From Clostridiaceae bacterium (lineage in GTDB: Bacteria; Bacillota; Clostridia; Peptostreptococcales; Natronincolaceae): a DNA stretch of 24,000 bases. This document shows positions 1 to 7,924 of the stretch, in pieces. The position numbers and the translations under genes were made by a program. Under the pieces are notes generated by a model, which saw only the letters and a program-made list of their open reading frames with translations, searched no databases and was not told the origin of the DNA. How positions within the stretch are numbered: the stretch's first letter is position 1; each line of letters opens with the position of its first letter. The stretch covers positions 262,798 through 286,797 of the forward strand of contig JAHDLO010000015.1 of NCBI GenBank assembly GCA_018432235.1, read 5' to 3'.

Positions 1-381
1 ACCAAAAAATCACAGCTGGGTACAGCTACTCAGTACTTCAAAGAGGAGTCTAATCGACTGCAGGACTTTATTGTACAAAGGGATGTTGTCAATAACGAGT
101 TTGCTCAGATGACACAGCAGGTGATAACCATAAAGGATATGCAGAGCTTCGGCAGTAAAAGAGATTATATAGCGCGTAAAATAGAGAATCAAAATGTGGT
201 GGTTAAGAATTGTGAAAGCCATATGAATCATTGTAGATTAGAGCTGGTGGAAGCAAAAAAGCAGACAATGATATTTGATAAGCTGAAGGAAAAGGCTCAG
301 GAGCAATTTAAGCAAATGCTGCTTAAGGAAGAAGAGCACTTCGTGGATCAAATTGTTTCCTATAGAAATGCCATTAAGTGA
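1..381 (+). CDS. fliJ: Flagellar export chaperone FliJ, 5'-truncated by the window edge
   Basis: Frame 1 is open from nt 1 to TGA 379-381, so the 90-aa ORF in the track (109..381) is only the C-terminal part. The K/E/Q-rich coiled-coil-like sequence (LELVEAKKQTMIFDKLKEKAQEQFKQ) fits FliJ. It sits directly upstream of the ylxF-like gene and fliK, as in the B. subtilis fla/che operon. Confidence 0.8.
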   Translation, partial: TKKSQLGTATQYFKEESNRLQDFIVQRDVVNNEFAQMTQQVITIKDMQSFGSKRDYIARKIENQNVVVKNCESHMNHCRLELVEAKKQTMIFDKLKEKAQEQFKQMLLKEEEHFVDQIVSYRNAIK

Positions 382-391
382 GGACATGAAT

Positions 392-1624
392 ATGACCAAT
401 AGCCTAGAGATAAAAAAGAATAGTAAGATAAAAGCGCTGCTGGTGGTTGCCTTAGCCTTTTTAATGGTTCCGTTGGTTACCTTTTTAATCACCTATTACA
501 GCAATGTCAATTTCAGACATGCCTCCAATAAATATCTATCCTCATTGCCGGGAGCATTAGGCAGACATTTTGCCAGCATTCCCACCAGGGAGGAGGAGGA
601 CAGCCTAAAGCGTCAAATTGCAAAGTACTACATTACTTTTGACGATGAACGACTGGTGGACAAGCTGATGCTGATCAGAAGCGAGAATCAGCAGCTGTTT
701 AATGACCTTATTCCTCTATTGAATAAGGAAAATCCGGTAAAGATGGCCAGAGTAAATGAGGTCATAAGAAATACCGATATAAAGAGTGATATGCTGCAAC
801 GAATTATAGAAGACATGAACAGCGAAAAATCAGCGAAAATTGATACATTAATCAAGCATTATGGCAGTCTTAAGCAAAATGAGACCATTAGAGAAATAGA
901 AAAGAATTATAGAGATGGCGAGGTAACTCAGCTGGAATTCACTGAACTATTTACCCGGCTTCAGCCTCAGCAGGCAGCAAATTATCTATATTATGTGGAC
1001 TCAGAAATAAGGCAGGATATCCTATTCAATATGGCCATCAACAAAAGGGCTGAGATAGCAAGACAAATGGATGCAATTGAGCTTAATGCGTATAACATGA
1101 AGGCGTTGGCGGAGATTTATGAAAGTAAAAATCCACAGGAGCTCTTCACAGAAATAGGCAGCAATGATAAGTATAATAATCAGAATCTTGCCCTTATATA
1201 TCAGAATTTAAGCTTAAAAAAAGCTGCAGAGGTGTTGGCCCTTTCTACCGACGAGGCATTTATACTTGGGCTTTATGACAGTATAAGCCTACAGGAGGAC
1301 CTTATGAAGGAGGAAAAGACCTTGGCTGTGAAGCTGGCTTCGGCAGTACAGGTGATGCAGAGCTATGAGACAAACCTTAATGAGCTGCTGCAGATATATC
1401 AAAAAATGAGTCCTAAGGAGCTGGCGGCATTAATAGAGCAAATGCTTAAATCCAATCAGGCATATCAAAAACATCAGTTTGATGATGAAGAAATCGTCTT
1501 TACCCAGGAGCAGCTGGTGCTGGATGTCTTAAAGAGAATGAAGCCGGCACAGGTAGCCAATATCCTGGCGGAGCTCAGCACCAATCGTTCGGTGGAGCTT
1601 TCAAACAAGCTAATGCGAAATTAA
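392..1624 (+). CDS. Membrane-anchored YlxF/FlbB/MotE-like flagellar protein with repeated MgtE_N-like helical motifs (about 410 aa)
   Basis: The track ORF starts at 353, inside fliJ. In-frame ATGs at 386 and 392 follow the SD-like GTGAGGA (378-384), and 392 gives 7-nt spacing. There is an N-terminal TM helix (ALLVVALAFLMVPLVTFLITYY). Four motifs resemble the MgtE_N/FliG-type helix pair: LQPQQAANYLYYV, LSLKKAAEVLALS, MSPKELAALIEQM, MKPAQVANILAEL. The gene occupies the ylxF slot between fliJ and fliK. Confidence 0.65.
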   Translation: MTNSLEIKKNSKIKALLVVALAFLMVPLVTFLITYYSNVNFRHASNKYLSSLPGALGRHFASIPTREEEDSLKRQIAKYYITFDDERLVDKLMLIRSENQQLFNDLIPLLNKENPVKMARVNEVIRNTDIKSDMLQRIIEDMNSEKSAKIDTLIKHYGSLKQNETIREIEKNYRDGEVTQLEFTELFTRLQPQQAANYLYYVDSEIRQDILFNMAINKRAEIARQMDAIELNAYNMKALAEIYESKNPQELFTEIGSNDKYNNQNLALIYQNLSLKKAAEVLALSTDEAFILGLYDSISLQEDLMKEEKTLAVKLASAVQVMQSYETNLNELLQIYQKMSPKELAALIEQMLKSNQAYQKHQFDDEEIVFTQEQLVLDVLKRMKPAQVANILAELSTNRSVELSNKLMRN

Positions 1625-1655
1625 AATATATACCATATCGAAAGGAGGTGAAAAA

Positions 1656-3047
1656 ATGACGATAGACGCTATTTATCAAATGCAGGAGAAAATGACAGTT
1701 AGTCCTTCAAAGCAGTCCAGCAACGCAACGGCAAAAAGTGATTTCGCCAATATCTTCAACAGACAATTAAGCCAGAGAAATCAGAGCAGCCAGACAAGCA
1801 ATGAAGCAATTAAAAGCAGTCAGCAAAGACCTCAAGGTCAGAGCCAACCGACTAAAGCCGATAACGAGGCAGCGGAGACCAAGCAGCCAGCTCAAAATAA
1901 TTCAGCAGTAGAGGAAAGGCCGCAAAAGGATCTCAAGAGCAATGAAACCACCGATAAGTCTGAAATGACAACAGCAAATGAAGCACAGGAAACAGAAAAG
2001 GAAGCAGTGCCATATGAGCTTTTAGCAGAGGAAATACTGGCACTTTTAACCCAGCTGAACATGACGACAGAGCTTACGGATGAGGAAAAGACATTAATCG
2101 TAGATACTGTTCTGCAGCTGCAGGAGGAGCTTAGTGCAACTCAAAGCCTTGAAAATGCCTTAGTCAATCTGCTGAAGCAGCTGGAGACCCAGGAAGAAAT
2201 CAAGCTGACTCCGGAGGAAAAGGCGCTGTTTATGGAAAAGCTTTCAGACCTGTTGAAGGAGGAAAAGCAGCCTAAGGCCCCTTTAGCAAAGACAGAGGCG
2301 GTGGAGACAAAAACAGATAGTATTCATCTGACGGAGGCCACTGCTAAACCACAGCAGCCGATACTAACAGCAGCAGCTCCCGTAGAGGAAGTGGATGAAA
2401 CGCCACAGACAGCTACAGTAGCATCAGTTGAAACAGCACCAAAGGAACCGGTGGTAGTCACAGGCAAGGAAGCAAAGGCCAAGGAGCAGCAGGAACCGGT
2501 GGAGGCAGAAGCAGAGGATACCATTCAACAGCTGGAGGGATTTGGTATTAACACCGAAAAGGCCGACATCATTACAAAATTTGTAAATTCTATGCAGCAG
2601 GATATTCAGAAGAGCGAGCCACAAAATCTGTTAAATCAAATCGTCAACAAGGTAGAGCTATTGGTACACAGCAATAAAAACGAAATCAAAATGAAGCTTT
2701 CACCTGAGGCTCTAGGCAGCTTATCCATTGAGATAACTGTAGAAAAGGGTGTTATGACGGCAAAGGTCTTTACTGAAAACTATCAGGTTAAAGAGCTTAT
2801 CGAGAACAATTTGAACCAGTTAAAAATTAACCTTGGTGAAAAGGGAATCAATGTCAGCAGCCTTGAGGTAAATGTTGGACAACAGCAGGAAAGCTTCCAA
2901 TTCCAGCAATCTCAAATGCAGCAGCAAAGACAGAAGCTTAAGAGACTGTCGGCAGTCGGGGCGGTAGCAGCTGCTAATTATGTAGAGGATGCTGCACAGG
3001 CAATTAACCCCTATGTCATCAACTCAAATTTTGAAGGCTTAGCCTAG
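1656..3047 (+). CDS. fliK: Flagellar hook-length control protein FliK
   Basis: SD AAAGGAGGTG (1641-1650) precedes the ATG at 1656. A long Q/E/T/A/P-rich, probably disordered N-terminal and central region is followed by a conserved C-terminal Flg_hook-type domain ([66 protein letters not shown]). The gene lies between ylxF-like and flgD. Confidence 0.85.
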   Translation: MTIDAIYQMQEKMTVSPSKQSSNATAKSDFANIFNRQLSQRNQSSQTSNEAIKSSQQRPQGQSQPTKADNEAAETKQPAQNNSAVEERPQKDLKSNETTDKSEMTTANEAQETEKEAVPYELLAEEILALLTQLNMTTELTDEEKTLIVDTVLQLQEELSATQSLENALVNLLKQLETQEEIKLTPEEKALFMEKLSDLLKEEKQPKAPLAKTEAVETKTDSIHLTEATAKPQQPILTAAAPVEEVDETPQTATVASVETAPKEPVVVTGKEAKAKEQQEPVEAEAEDTIQQLEGFGINTEKADIITKFVNSMQQDIQKSEPQNLLNQIVNKVELLVHSNKNEIKMKLSPEALGSLSIEITVEKGVMTAKVFTENYQVKELIENNLNQLKINLGEKGINVSSLEVNVGQQQESFQFQQSQMQQQRQKLKRLSAVGAVAAANYVEDAAQAINPYVINSNFEGLA

Positions 3048-3058
3048 GAGGTAAAATT

Positions 3059-3466
3059 ATGAGTACAACTGTTAATGAAACCCAGCACAAGTACAGGATA
3101 TATGACCCAACCACCAGCTCCACAAGCAACAAAACAGATCTAAACAAGGATACCTTTATAAAGCTTTTGGTAACCCAGATGCAAAATCAGGACCCATTAA
3201 ACCCAATGGAGGATAGAGAATTCATCTCTCAAATGGCACAGTTCTCAGCTCTGGAGCAAATGCAGAATCTTAATACCACCATGGTGGAATCTCAAGCTGG
3301 CCTAATGGAGCATATCAAGACCATGAACAATAACCTTGTAAAGAGTCAAACCAATATCATTGATATGCTGGAAAAGATCAATAAGACCTTAGGTGGCACA
3401 AATGATCCTGATCCTGAAGAGGAAGTACCAGGTGAGGATGAGGTGGAGGAAACACCAGCAGAGTAA
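3059..3466 (+). CDS. flgD: Flagellar hook capping/assembly protein FlgD (short form with acidic tail)
   Basis: SD TAGGAGGT (3045-3052). It carries the classic FlgD N-terminal signature [39 protein letters not shown]. At 135 aa it is similar in size to the short B. subtilis FlgD. Confidence 0.9.
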   Translation: MSTTVNETQHKYRIYDPTTSSTSNKTDLNKDTFIKLLVTQMQNQDPLNPMEDREFISQMAQFSALEQMQNLNTTMVESQAGLMEHIKTMNNNLVKSQTNIIDMLEKINKTLGGTNDPDPEEEVPGEDEVEETPAE

Positions 3467-3501
3467 AAGTACATACAGCCTTGGAGTAGGGAGGAATAAA
3501 A

Positions 3502-3879
3502 ATGTATGACAATTTTAAAATCAAACCTAGCTCCATACAGCAGCCGAAGCTAAATCAGGTACAAAACCGAATCCCTTCGGGAGGCGGCTTTGATCAGCTG
3601 CTTCAGCAGCAGCTATATCAAAATCAAGAGGTTAAGTTTTCAAAGCATGCAATGGAGAGGCTAGAGACTAGAAATATTAAGCTGACTCCCCAGGATATGG
3701 CGAGAATAGACAAAGCCTTCAATATCGCCCAGGGAAAGGGCATTAAGGACACCTTAATATTGATGGATGATAGGGTATTCGTAGCCAGTGTCACCAATAA
3801 GACGGTAATAACCGCCGCAGTGGAGGATCAGCTGAAGGAAAATGCGTTTTCAAATATCGATGGTGCTGTCATAATCTAA
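3502..3879 (+). CDS. Conserved 'flagellar operon protein' of unknown function (TIGR02530-like)
   Basis: SD GGGAGGA (3489-3495). This 125-aa soluble protein contains KFSKHAMERLETRNIKLT, which I recall as the signature of the TIGR02530 family found between flgD and flgE in Firmicutes. The family call is from memory and unverified. Confidence 0.65.
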   Translation: MYDNFKIKPSSIQQPKLNQVQNRIPSGGGFDQLLQQQLYQNQEVKFSKHAMERLETRNIKLTPQDMARIDKAFNIAQGKGIKDTLILMDDRVFVASVTNKTVITAAVEDQLKENAFSNIDGAVII

Positions 3880-3958
3880 GCCGGACCACTTAGGAGGCTT
3901 ACCATTTCTGAATGACGGAGGAAATGGGGTACCAAATAGAATAGGAGGTCGTTTTAAA

Positions 3959-5389
3959 ATGATGAGATCAATGTTTTCAGCTGTATCTGGTTTAAGGGCA
4001 CATCAGACCAGAATGGATGTTATAGGTAATAATATAGCCAACGTCAACACTATAGGCTTTAAGGGCTCAAGGGTAACCTTCCAGGAGGTCTTCAGCCAAA
4101 CCCTAAAGGGTGCTGGTTCTCCTCAGGATGGCAAAGGAGGAACAAATCCTCATCAGGTTGGTCTGGGTATCAATGTTTCCTCTATGGATACCTTCCATAT
4201 TAGAGGGGCCGTTGAAAGAACCGACTACAACACCGACCTGATGATCAACGGTGACGGCTTCTTTATCGTAGCCGACGGCAACAACAGAAGCTACACCAGA
4301 GCTGGAAACTTCGCACTGGATACCGACGGCAACCTGGTAACCGCCGAGGGATACAAAGTGCTTGGCTATATGGCGGATGAAAATGGTGTGCTGAAGTCTA
4401 CCCTTGAAGGCTTAGTGATTTCCAAGGCCACCAGCTTTGATGCTAAGGTGACTGAGAATGCGTGGTTTGAGGGGAATTTGAATAGTGAGACTAAGAGAAC
4501 TTCGGATTATATTCCGCCACCGGCAGACATTATTCAATCTACAACAACAGCACCAATACCTACTTCTGTATATGTACAGAAGACAAATGCAAATGGGAAG
4601 ATATATTATGAAATCAACCCAGATTTTGAGGATGCAGTTGCAAGAGAAACAACCTTTCAAGTATATGATAAGTTAGGTGGTGTACATCAGATTAAGCAGG
4701 CGTATATAAAAGTTGAAGATGTTACCGTGACTGGGCCACCAGCCTCAACAAATAGTCAATATCAAATAGCAACTTTTTACGTTAAAGCTGATGGAACTAT
4801 GCACCCAGCCTCTACTGCTGCCGCCGATCCATTAGTCAGTACGCCAGCCATCCATTCTGTCCAATTTAATAACAACGGAAAATTAGTAACTGGTGGCACT
4901 ATGTCACTTCAGGTAAATGCAGCGTTAACCAATGGTGCTGGAGCCTTTACCTTTGACATCGATTTATCAAAACTAACCATGTTCGCCAACACCTCCACCG
5001 CTTCAGCCACAAAAACAGACGGCTATAAGCAGGGAACTCTGGAGGATTTCACCATAGGGCCTACAGGAGAGATTTATGGTATCTTCGATAACAATCAAAG
5101 TAAGGTACTGGGTCAAATAGCTTTAGCTAACTTTAAAAACCCTGCCGGACTGGAAAAGACCGGTGGCAATATGTATCGAGTAACCTCCAACTCCGGACAG
5201 CCGATCATAGGTGTACCCGGCGGCGGCGGCTTTGGCAACCTGAACCCCGGAGCAGTGGAAATGTCAAACGTAGACCTTTCAAGAGAGTTTACAAACATGA
5301 TTACAACCCAGCGGGGCTTCCAGGCAAATTCCAGAATTATAACCACCAGTGATGAAATGCTGCAGGAAGTAGTTAACATGAAGCGATAA
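3959..5389 (+). CDS. flgE: Flagellar hook protein FlgE
   Basis: SD AGGAGG (3943-3948). The N-terminus has the rod/hook signature MFSAVSGLRAHQTRMDVIGNNIANVNTIGFK. The C-terminus has VEMSNVDLSREFTNMITTQRGFQANSRIITTSDEMLQEVVNMKR. Internal DGY..G.L and ALANFKNPAGLEK motifs are also present. Confidence 0.95.
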   Translation: MMRSMFSAVSGLRAHQTRMDVIGNNIANVNTIGFKGSRVTFQEVFSQTLKGAGSPQDGKGGTNPHQVGLGINVSSMDTFHIRGAVERTDYNTDLMINGDGFFIVADGNNRSYTRAGNFALDTDGNLVTAEGYKVLGYMADENGVLKSTLEGLVISKATSFDAKVTENAWFEGNLNSETKRTSDYIPPPADIIQSTTTAPIPTSVYVQKTNANGKIYYEINPDFEDAVARETTFQVYDKLGGVHQIKQAYIKVEDVTVTGPPASTNSQYQIATFYVKADGTMHPASTAAADPLVSTPAIHSVQFNNNGKLVTGGTMSLQVNAALTNGAGAFTFDIDLSKLTMFANTSTASATKTDGYKQGTLEDFTIGPTGEIYGIFDNNQSKVLGQIALANFKNPAGLEKTGGNMYRVTSNSGQPIIGVPGGGGFGNLNPGAVEMSNVDLSREFTNMITTQRGFQANSRIITTSDEMLQEVVNMKR

Positions 5390-5403
5390 AAATAAATAAT
5401 ATT

Positions 5404-5427
5404 CCCGGGCACCTCAGGGTGTCCGGG
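5404..5427 (+). promoter_or_regulatory. GC-rich stem-loop directly downstream of flgE (possible attenuator or mRNA-stabilising hairpin, not a canonical terminator)
   Basis: CCCGGGCACC (5404-5413) pairs with GGTGTCCGGG (5418-5427). That gives 10 bp including one G-U pair, with loop TCAG. It begins 15 nt after the flgE stop. It is followed by AAATAAAGG, so there is no U-tract. Confidence 0.5.
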
Positions 5428-5445
5428 AAATAAAGGATGATATGC

Positions 5446-5643
5446 ATGATCAGGTTGAAAAGGCTAAATAACTCAGAGATAGTTATCAATGCAGAGCTGA
5501 TAGAGCTGGTGGAGGAAACTCCCGATACAGTCATCACCTTGACCAATGGACATAAAATGATAGTTGTGGATAGTGCCGACGAAGTAATTAGAAAAGTGGT
5601 AGCCTATAAGAGAAGTATTTTTGTAGGCCCCTTGAATAAATAG
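5446..5643 (+). CDS. flbD: Flagellar protein FlbD (SwrD/YlzI family)
   Basis: MIRLKRLNNSEIVINAELIELVEETPDTVITLTNGHKMIVVDSADEVIRKV matches the FlbD pattern. The track start at 5437 directly abuts the SD (AAAGGA, 5432-5437). The ATG at 5446 has normal spacing and gives the typical MI.L.RLN N-terminus. Confidence 0.85.
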   Translation: MIRLKRLNNSEIVINAELIELVEETPDTVITLTNGHKMIVVDSADEVIRKVVAYKRSIFVGPLNK

Positions 5644-5667
5644 CATGATAAGAAATGAGGTGTCGTC

Positions 5668-6459
5668 TTGGATTTAGCAACCATAATGGGGATAATTGTA
5701 GGTATTGCCTTTGTAATTTTTGGAATCTTAGTAGATGGGGAAATCAGCTCATACTTTAACTTAGCTTCAATATTAATAGTTTTGGGCGGTACTTTTGCCG
5801 GTACCTTTGTTGCCTATCCGATGCAGCAGGTATTGGATGCAATGAGGATAGTCTCTAAGGCCTTTTCTAATAAGCAAATTGAGGCAGGAGAGATAATCAA
5901 CAGGATTATAAGTCTTGCCAATATTGCAAGAAAGGAAGGCCTATTGGCTTTGGAGGAGGCATCTGAGGAAATTGATGACCAATTTCTTAAAAAGGGTATT
6001 ATGCTTATAGTCGACGGTACTGATCCTGAGCTGGTAAGAAATCTATTGGAAACAGAGCTTTCCTTTATAGAGGAAAGACATAAGGGTGGACAGGGTCTAT
6101 TTGAAATGATGGGCACATTGGCACCGGCCTTTGGTATGATAGGTACCTTAATAGGACTGATTAACATGCTGAAGAAGCTTGATGACCCCTCTTCAATCGG
6201 GCCAAGCATGGCGGTGGCATTAGTAACTACCTTCTATGGCTCTTTGCTGGCAAATCTCATATTCCTGCCGATTGCCAACAAGCTTAAGCTGAGAAGCCGT
6301 GAGGAGATAATGAGAAAGGAAATTATGGTTGAGGGCTTACTTTCAATTCAAGCCGGTGAAAACCCAAGAATTATTGAAGAAAAGCTAAAGGCCTTCTTAC
6401 CTCCTAAAATCAGAGAACAGCTTCAAGCAAAGCAAGAGGGCATAGGTAGTAATGCCTAG
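5668..6459 (+). CDS. motA: Flagellar stator protein MotA (MotA/TolQ/ExbB channel family)
   Basis: TTG start at 5668 with SD GAGGTG (5657-5662). It has the four-TM layout and the cytoplasmic loop with conserved charged residues (ARKEGLLALEE). The TM3 proline motif APAFGMIGTLIGL and the TM4 motif FYGSLLANLIFLPIANKL are both present. Confidence 0.9.
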   Translation: MDLATIMGIIVGIAFVIFGILVDGEISSYFNLASILIVLGGTFAGTFVAYPMQQVLDAMRIVSKAFSNKQIEAGEIINRIISLANIARKEGLLALEEASEEIDDQFLKKGIMLIVDGTDPELVRNLLETELSFIEERHKGGQGLFEMMGTLAPAFGMIGTLIGLINMLKKLDDPSSIGPSMAVALVTTFYGSLLANLIFLPIANKLKLRSREEIMRKEIMVEGLLSIQAGENPRIIEEKLKAFLPPKIREQLQAKQEGIGSNA

Positions 6460-6505
6460 GGAATAGAAAACATTACCTTGAGTCTTTTTAATTGGAGGAT
6501 TAAGT

Positions 6506-6916
6506 ATGAAAAAAATAATTACATATTCAATAATTGGCTTTATTCTATCAGGGGTATTCTTTGGAACAATATTTTATTTTGCCTTCTTCAGAGACAATCA
6601 GCCGGTTGTGCAAGCGGCAAAAACCTATGAGTATAGTCTGGCTCCCTTTTCTACAAACCTTAGTAATATCAGGTCCTACTTTAAAGGCACAATTGTGCTA
6701 GAAACAACGGATAAAAGGCTATTAGAGAGGTTTCCAGACAAGGATGCAGTCATAAGAGACAGCATTATCAAAATTTTGATATCAAAAAAGCCTGAAGAGC
6801 TTCTGGATAAAGACGGTCTGCAGAGTCTTCGCTTTGAAATCATACAAGCAGTAAACAAGGTAATGGATTCCAACAGCGTAACAAATATATATTTTATCGA
6901 CTACATAATCCAATAG
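6506..6916 (+). CDS. fliL: Flagellar basal-body-associated protein FliL
   Basis: SD GGAGGA (6494-6499). It has a single N-terminal TM followed by a FliL-like domain (YSLAPFSTNLSN...YFKGTIVLET...VIRDSIIKILISKKPEELL...LRFEIIQAVNKV...NIYFIDYIIQ). It lies immediately upstream of fliM. Confidence 0.8.
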   Translation: MKKIITYSIIGFILSGVFFGTIFYFAFFRDNQPVVQAAKTYEYSLAPFSTNLSNIRSYFKGTIVLETTDKRLLERFPDKDAVIRDSIIKILISKKPEELLDKDGLQSLRFEIIQAVNKVMDSNSVTNIYFIDYIIQ

Positions 6917-6928
6917 GAGGTGAAGTAG

Positions 6929-7924
6929 TTGTCTGAGGTATTGTCCCAAAACGAGATAGATGCCCTGCTGAATGCTTTAAGCACAGGTGAGGTTGATGTA
7001 GAAGAAATTAAAGAAGATAAGCTGGAGAAGAAGATAAGAAACTATGACTTTAAAAGTCCTAAAAAGCTGGCAAAGGATCAGTTGAGGACATTACAGATCA
7101 TACATGAAAACTTTTCGAGACTTCTTAACACCTTTCTTTCGGGCTATCTTAGGAGCTATATTCATACAGAGGTATTATCTGTAGAGGAAGTTTCCTACTA
7201 CGAATTTAACAACTCAATATCGAATCCGGCTTTACTTACAATAGCAAATTTTAATCCTTTGTCGGGGCAAATTGTTATTGACCTGTCTACCTCTATTGCC
7301 TTTACCTTCATCGACAGGATACTTGGCGGAAACGGCAAGTCTCTTGAGGAGAAGAGAACCTTTACGGAAATAGAGCTGACATTGATTAAGAAGCTGATGA
7401 AACAAATTTTAGAGCTTTTAATTGATCCATGGGAAAATGTCATTGAGCTGGACCCAAAGCTGGATAAAATTGAAACCAACTCTCAATTTATTCAGATTGT
7501 TTCGCCCAACGAAACCGTGGCGCTAATAACCCTAAGCCTTAAAATAGGTGACGTGGAGGGAATGATGAATATATGTATCCCCCATATACTTATTGAGCCG
7601 ATATTGGATAAGCTGAGCACAAGGTATTGGTTTTCCAACATCAACAAGGTTGTTACAGAAAATGAAAAGCATTTGCTGAAGAAAAGGGTTGAAAAAAGTA
7701 AGGTTACAGTTGCGGCTGTATTGGGGGGAACCCGTATTACAGTAAGAGATTTCCTGGAGCTTCAAAAGGGTGATGTTATTATGCTGGACAATCTGGTTAA
7801 TAACGAAATTGAAATTCAGGTTGGCGATAAGCAAAAATATTACGGCATACCGGGAACAAATAAGAACAAGCTGGCAGTCAAGGTAACCAGGATCGACAAG
7901 AAAGGAGATGAACTGAATGAGTGA
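6929..7924 (+). CDS. fliM: Flagellar motor switch protein FliM
   Basis: TTG start at 6929, 6 nt after SD AGGAGGTG (6915-6922). The N-terminal CheY-P binding peptide is present (LSQNEIDALLN). The middle domain contains the GGNG-type motif (DRILGGNGK). A C-terminal FliN-like SpoA domain follows. Confidence 0.95.
   Translation: MSEVLSQNEIDALLNALSTGEVDVEEIKEDKLEKKIRNYDFKSPKKLAKDQLRTLQIIHENFSRLLNTFLSGYLRSYIHTEVLSVEEVSYYEFNNSISNPALLTIANFNPLSGQIVIDLSTSIAFTFIDRILGGNGKSLEEKRTFTEIELTLIKKLMKQILELLIDPWENVIELDPKLDKIETNSQFIQIVSPNETVALITLSLKIGDVEGMMNICIPHILIEPILDKLSTRYWFSNINKVVTENEKHLLKKRVEKSKVTVAAVLGGTRITVRDFLELQKGDVIMLDNLVNNEIEIQVGDKQKYYGIPGTNKNKLAVKVTRIDKKGDELNE

Noticed and set aside
353-391. The track start codon at 353 for the ylxF-like ORF. 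The same kind of upstream-extended start appears for cheY (9240), flhB (11861), flbD (5437) and the PilZ gene (17065).
   Set aside because: These starts either overlap the preceding gene or sit on top of the SD. In-frame ATGs a few codons downstream have proper SD spacing and give N-termini typical of the families.
3902-3944. A 7-bp hairpin, CCATTTC (3902-3908) with GAAATGG (3921-3927), and a 10-aa mini-ORF (3912..3944) in the 79-nt spacer before flgE.
   Set aside because: The stem is short with a 12-nt loop. The mini-ORF lies 14 nt from the nearest SD and ends inside the flgE SD. This is most likely chance structure in a spacer carrying repeated SD-like sequences.
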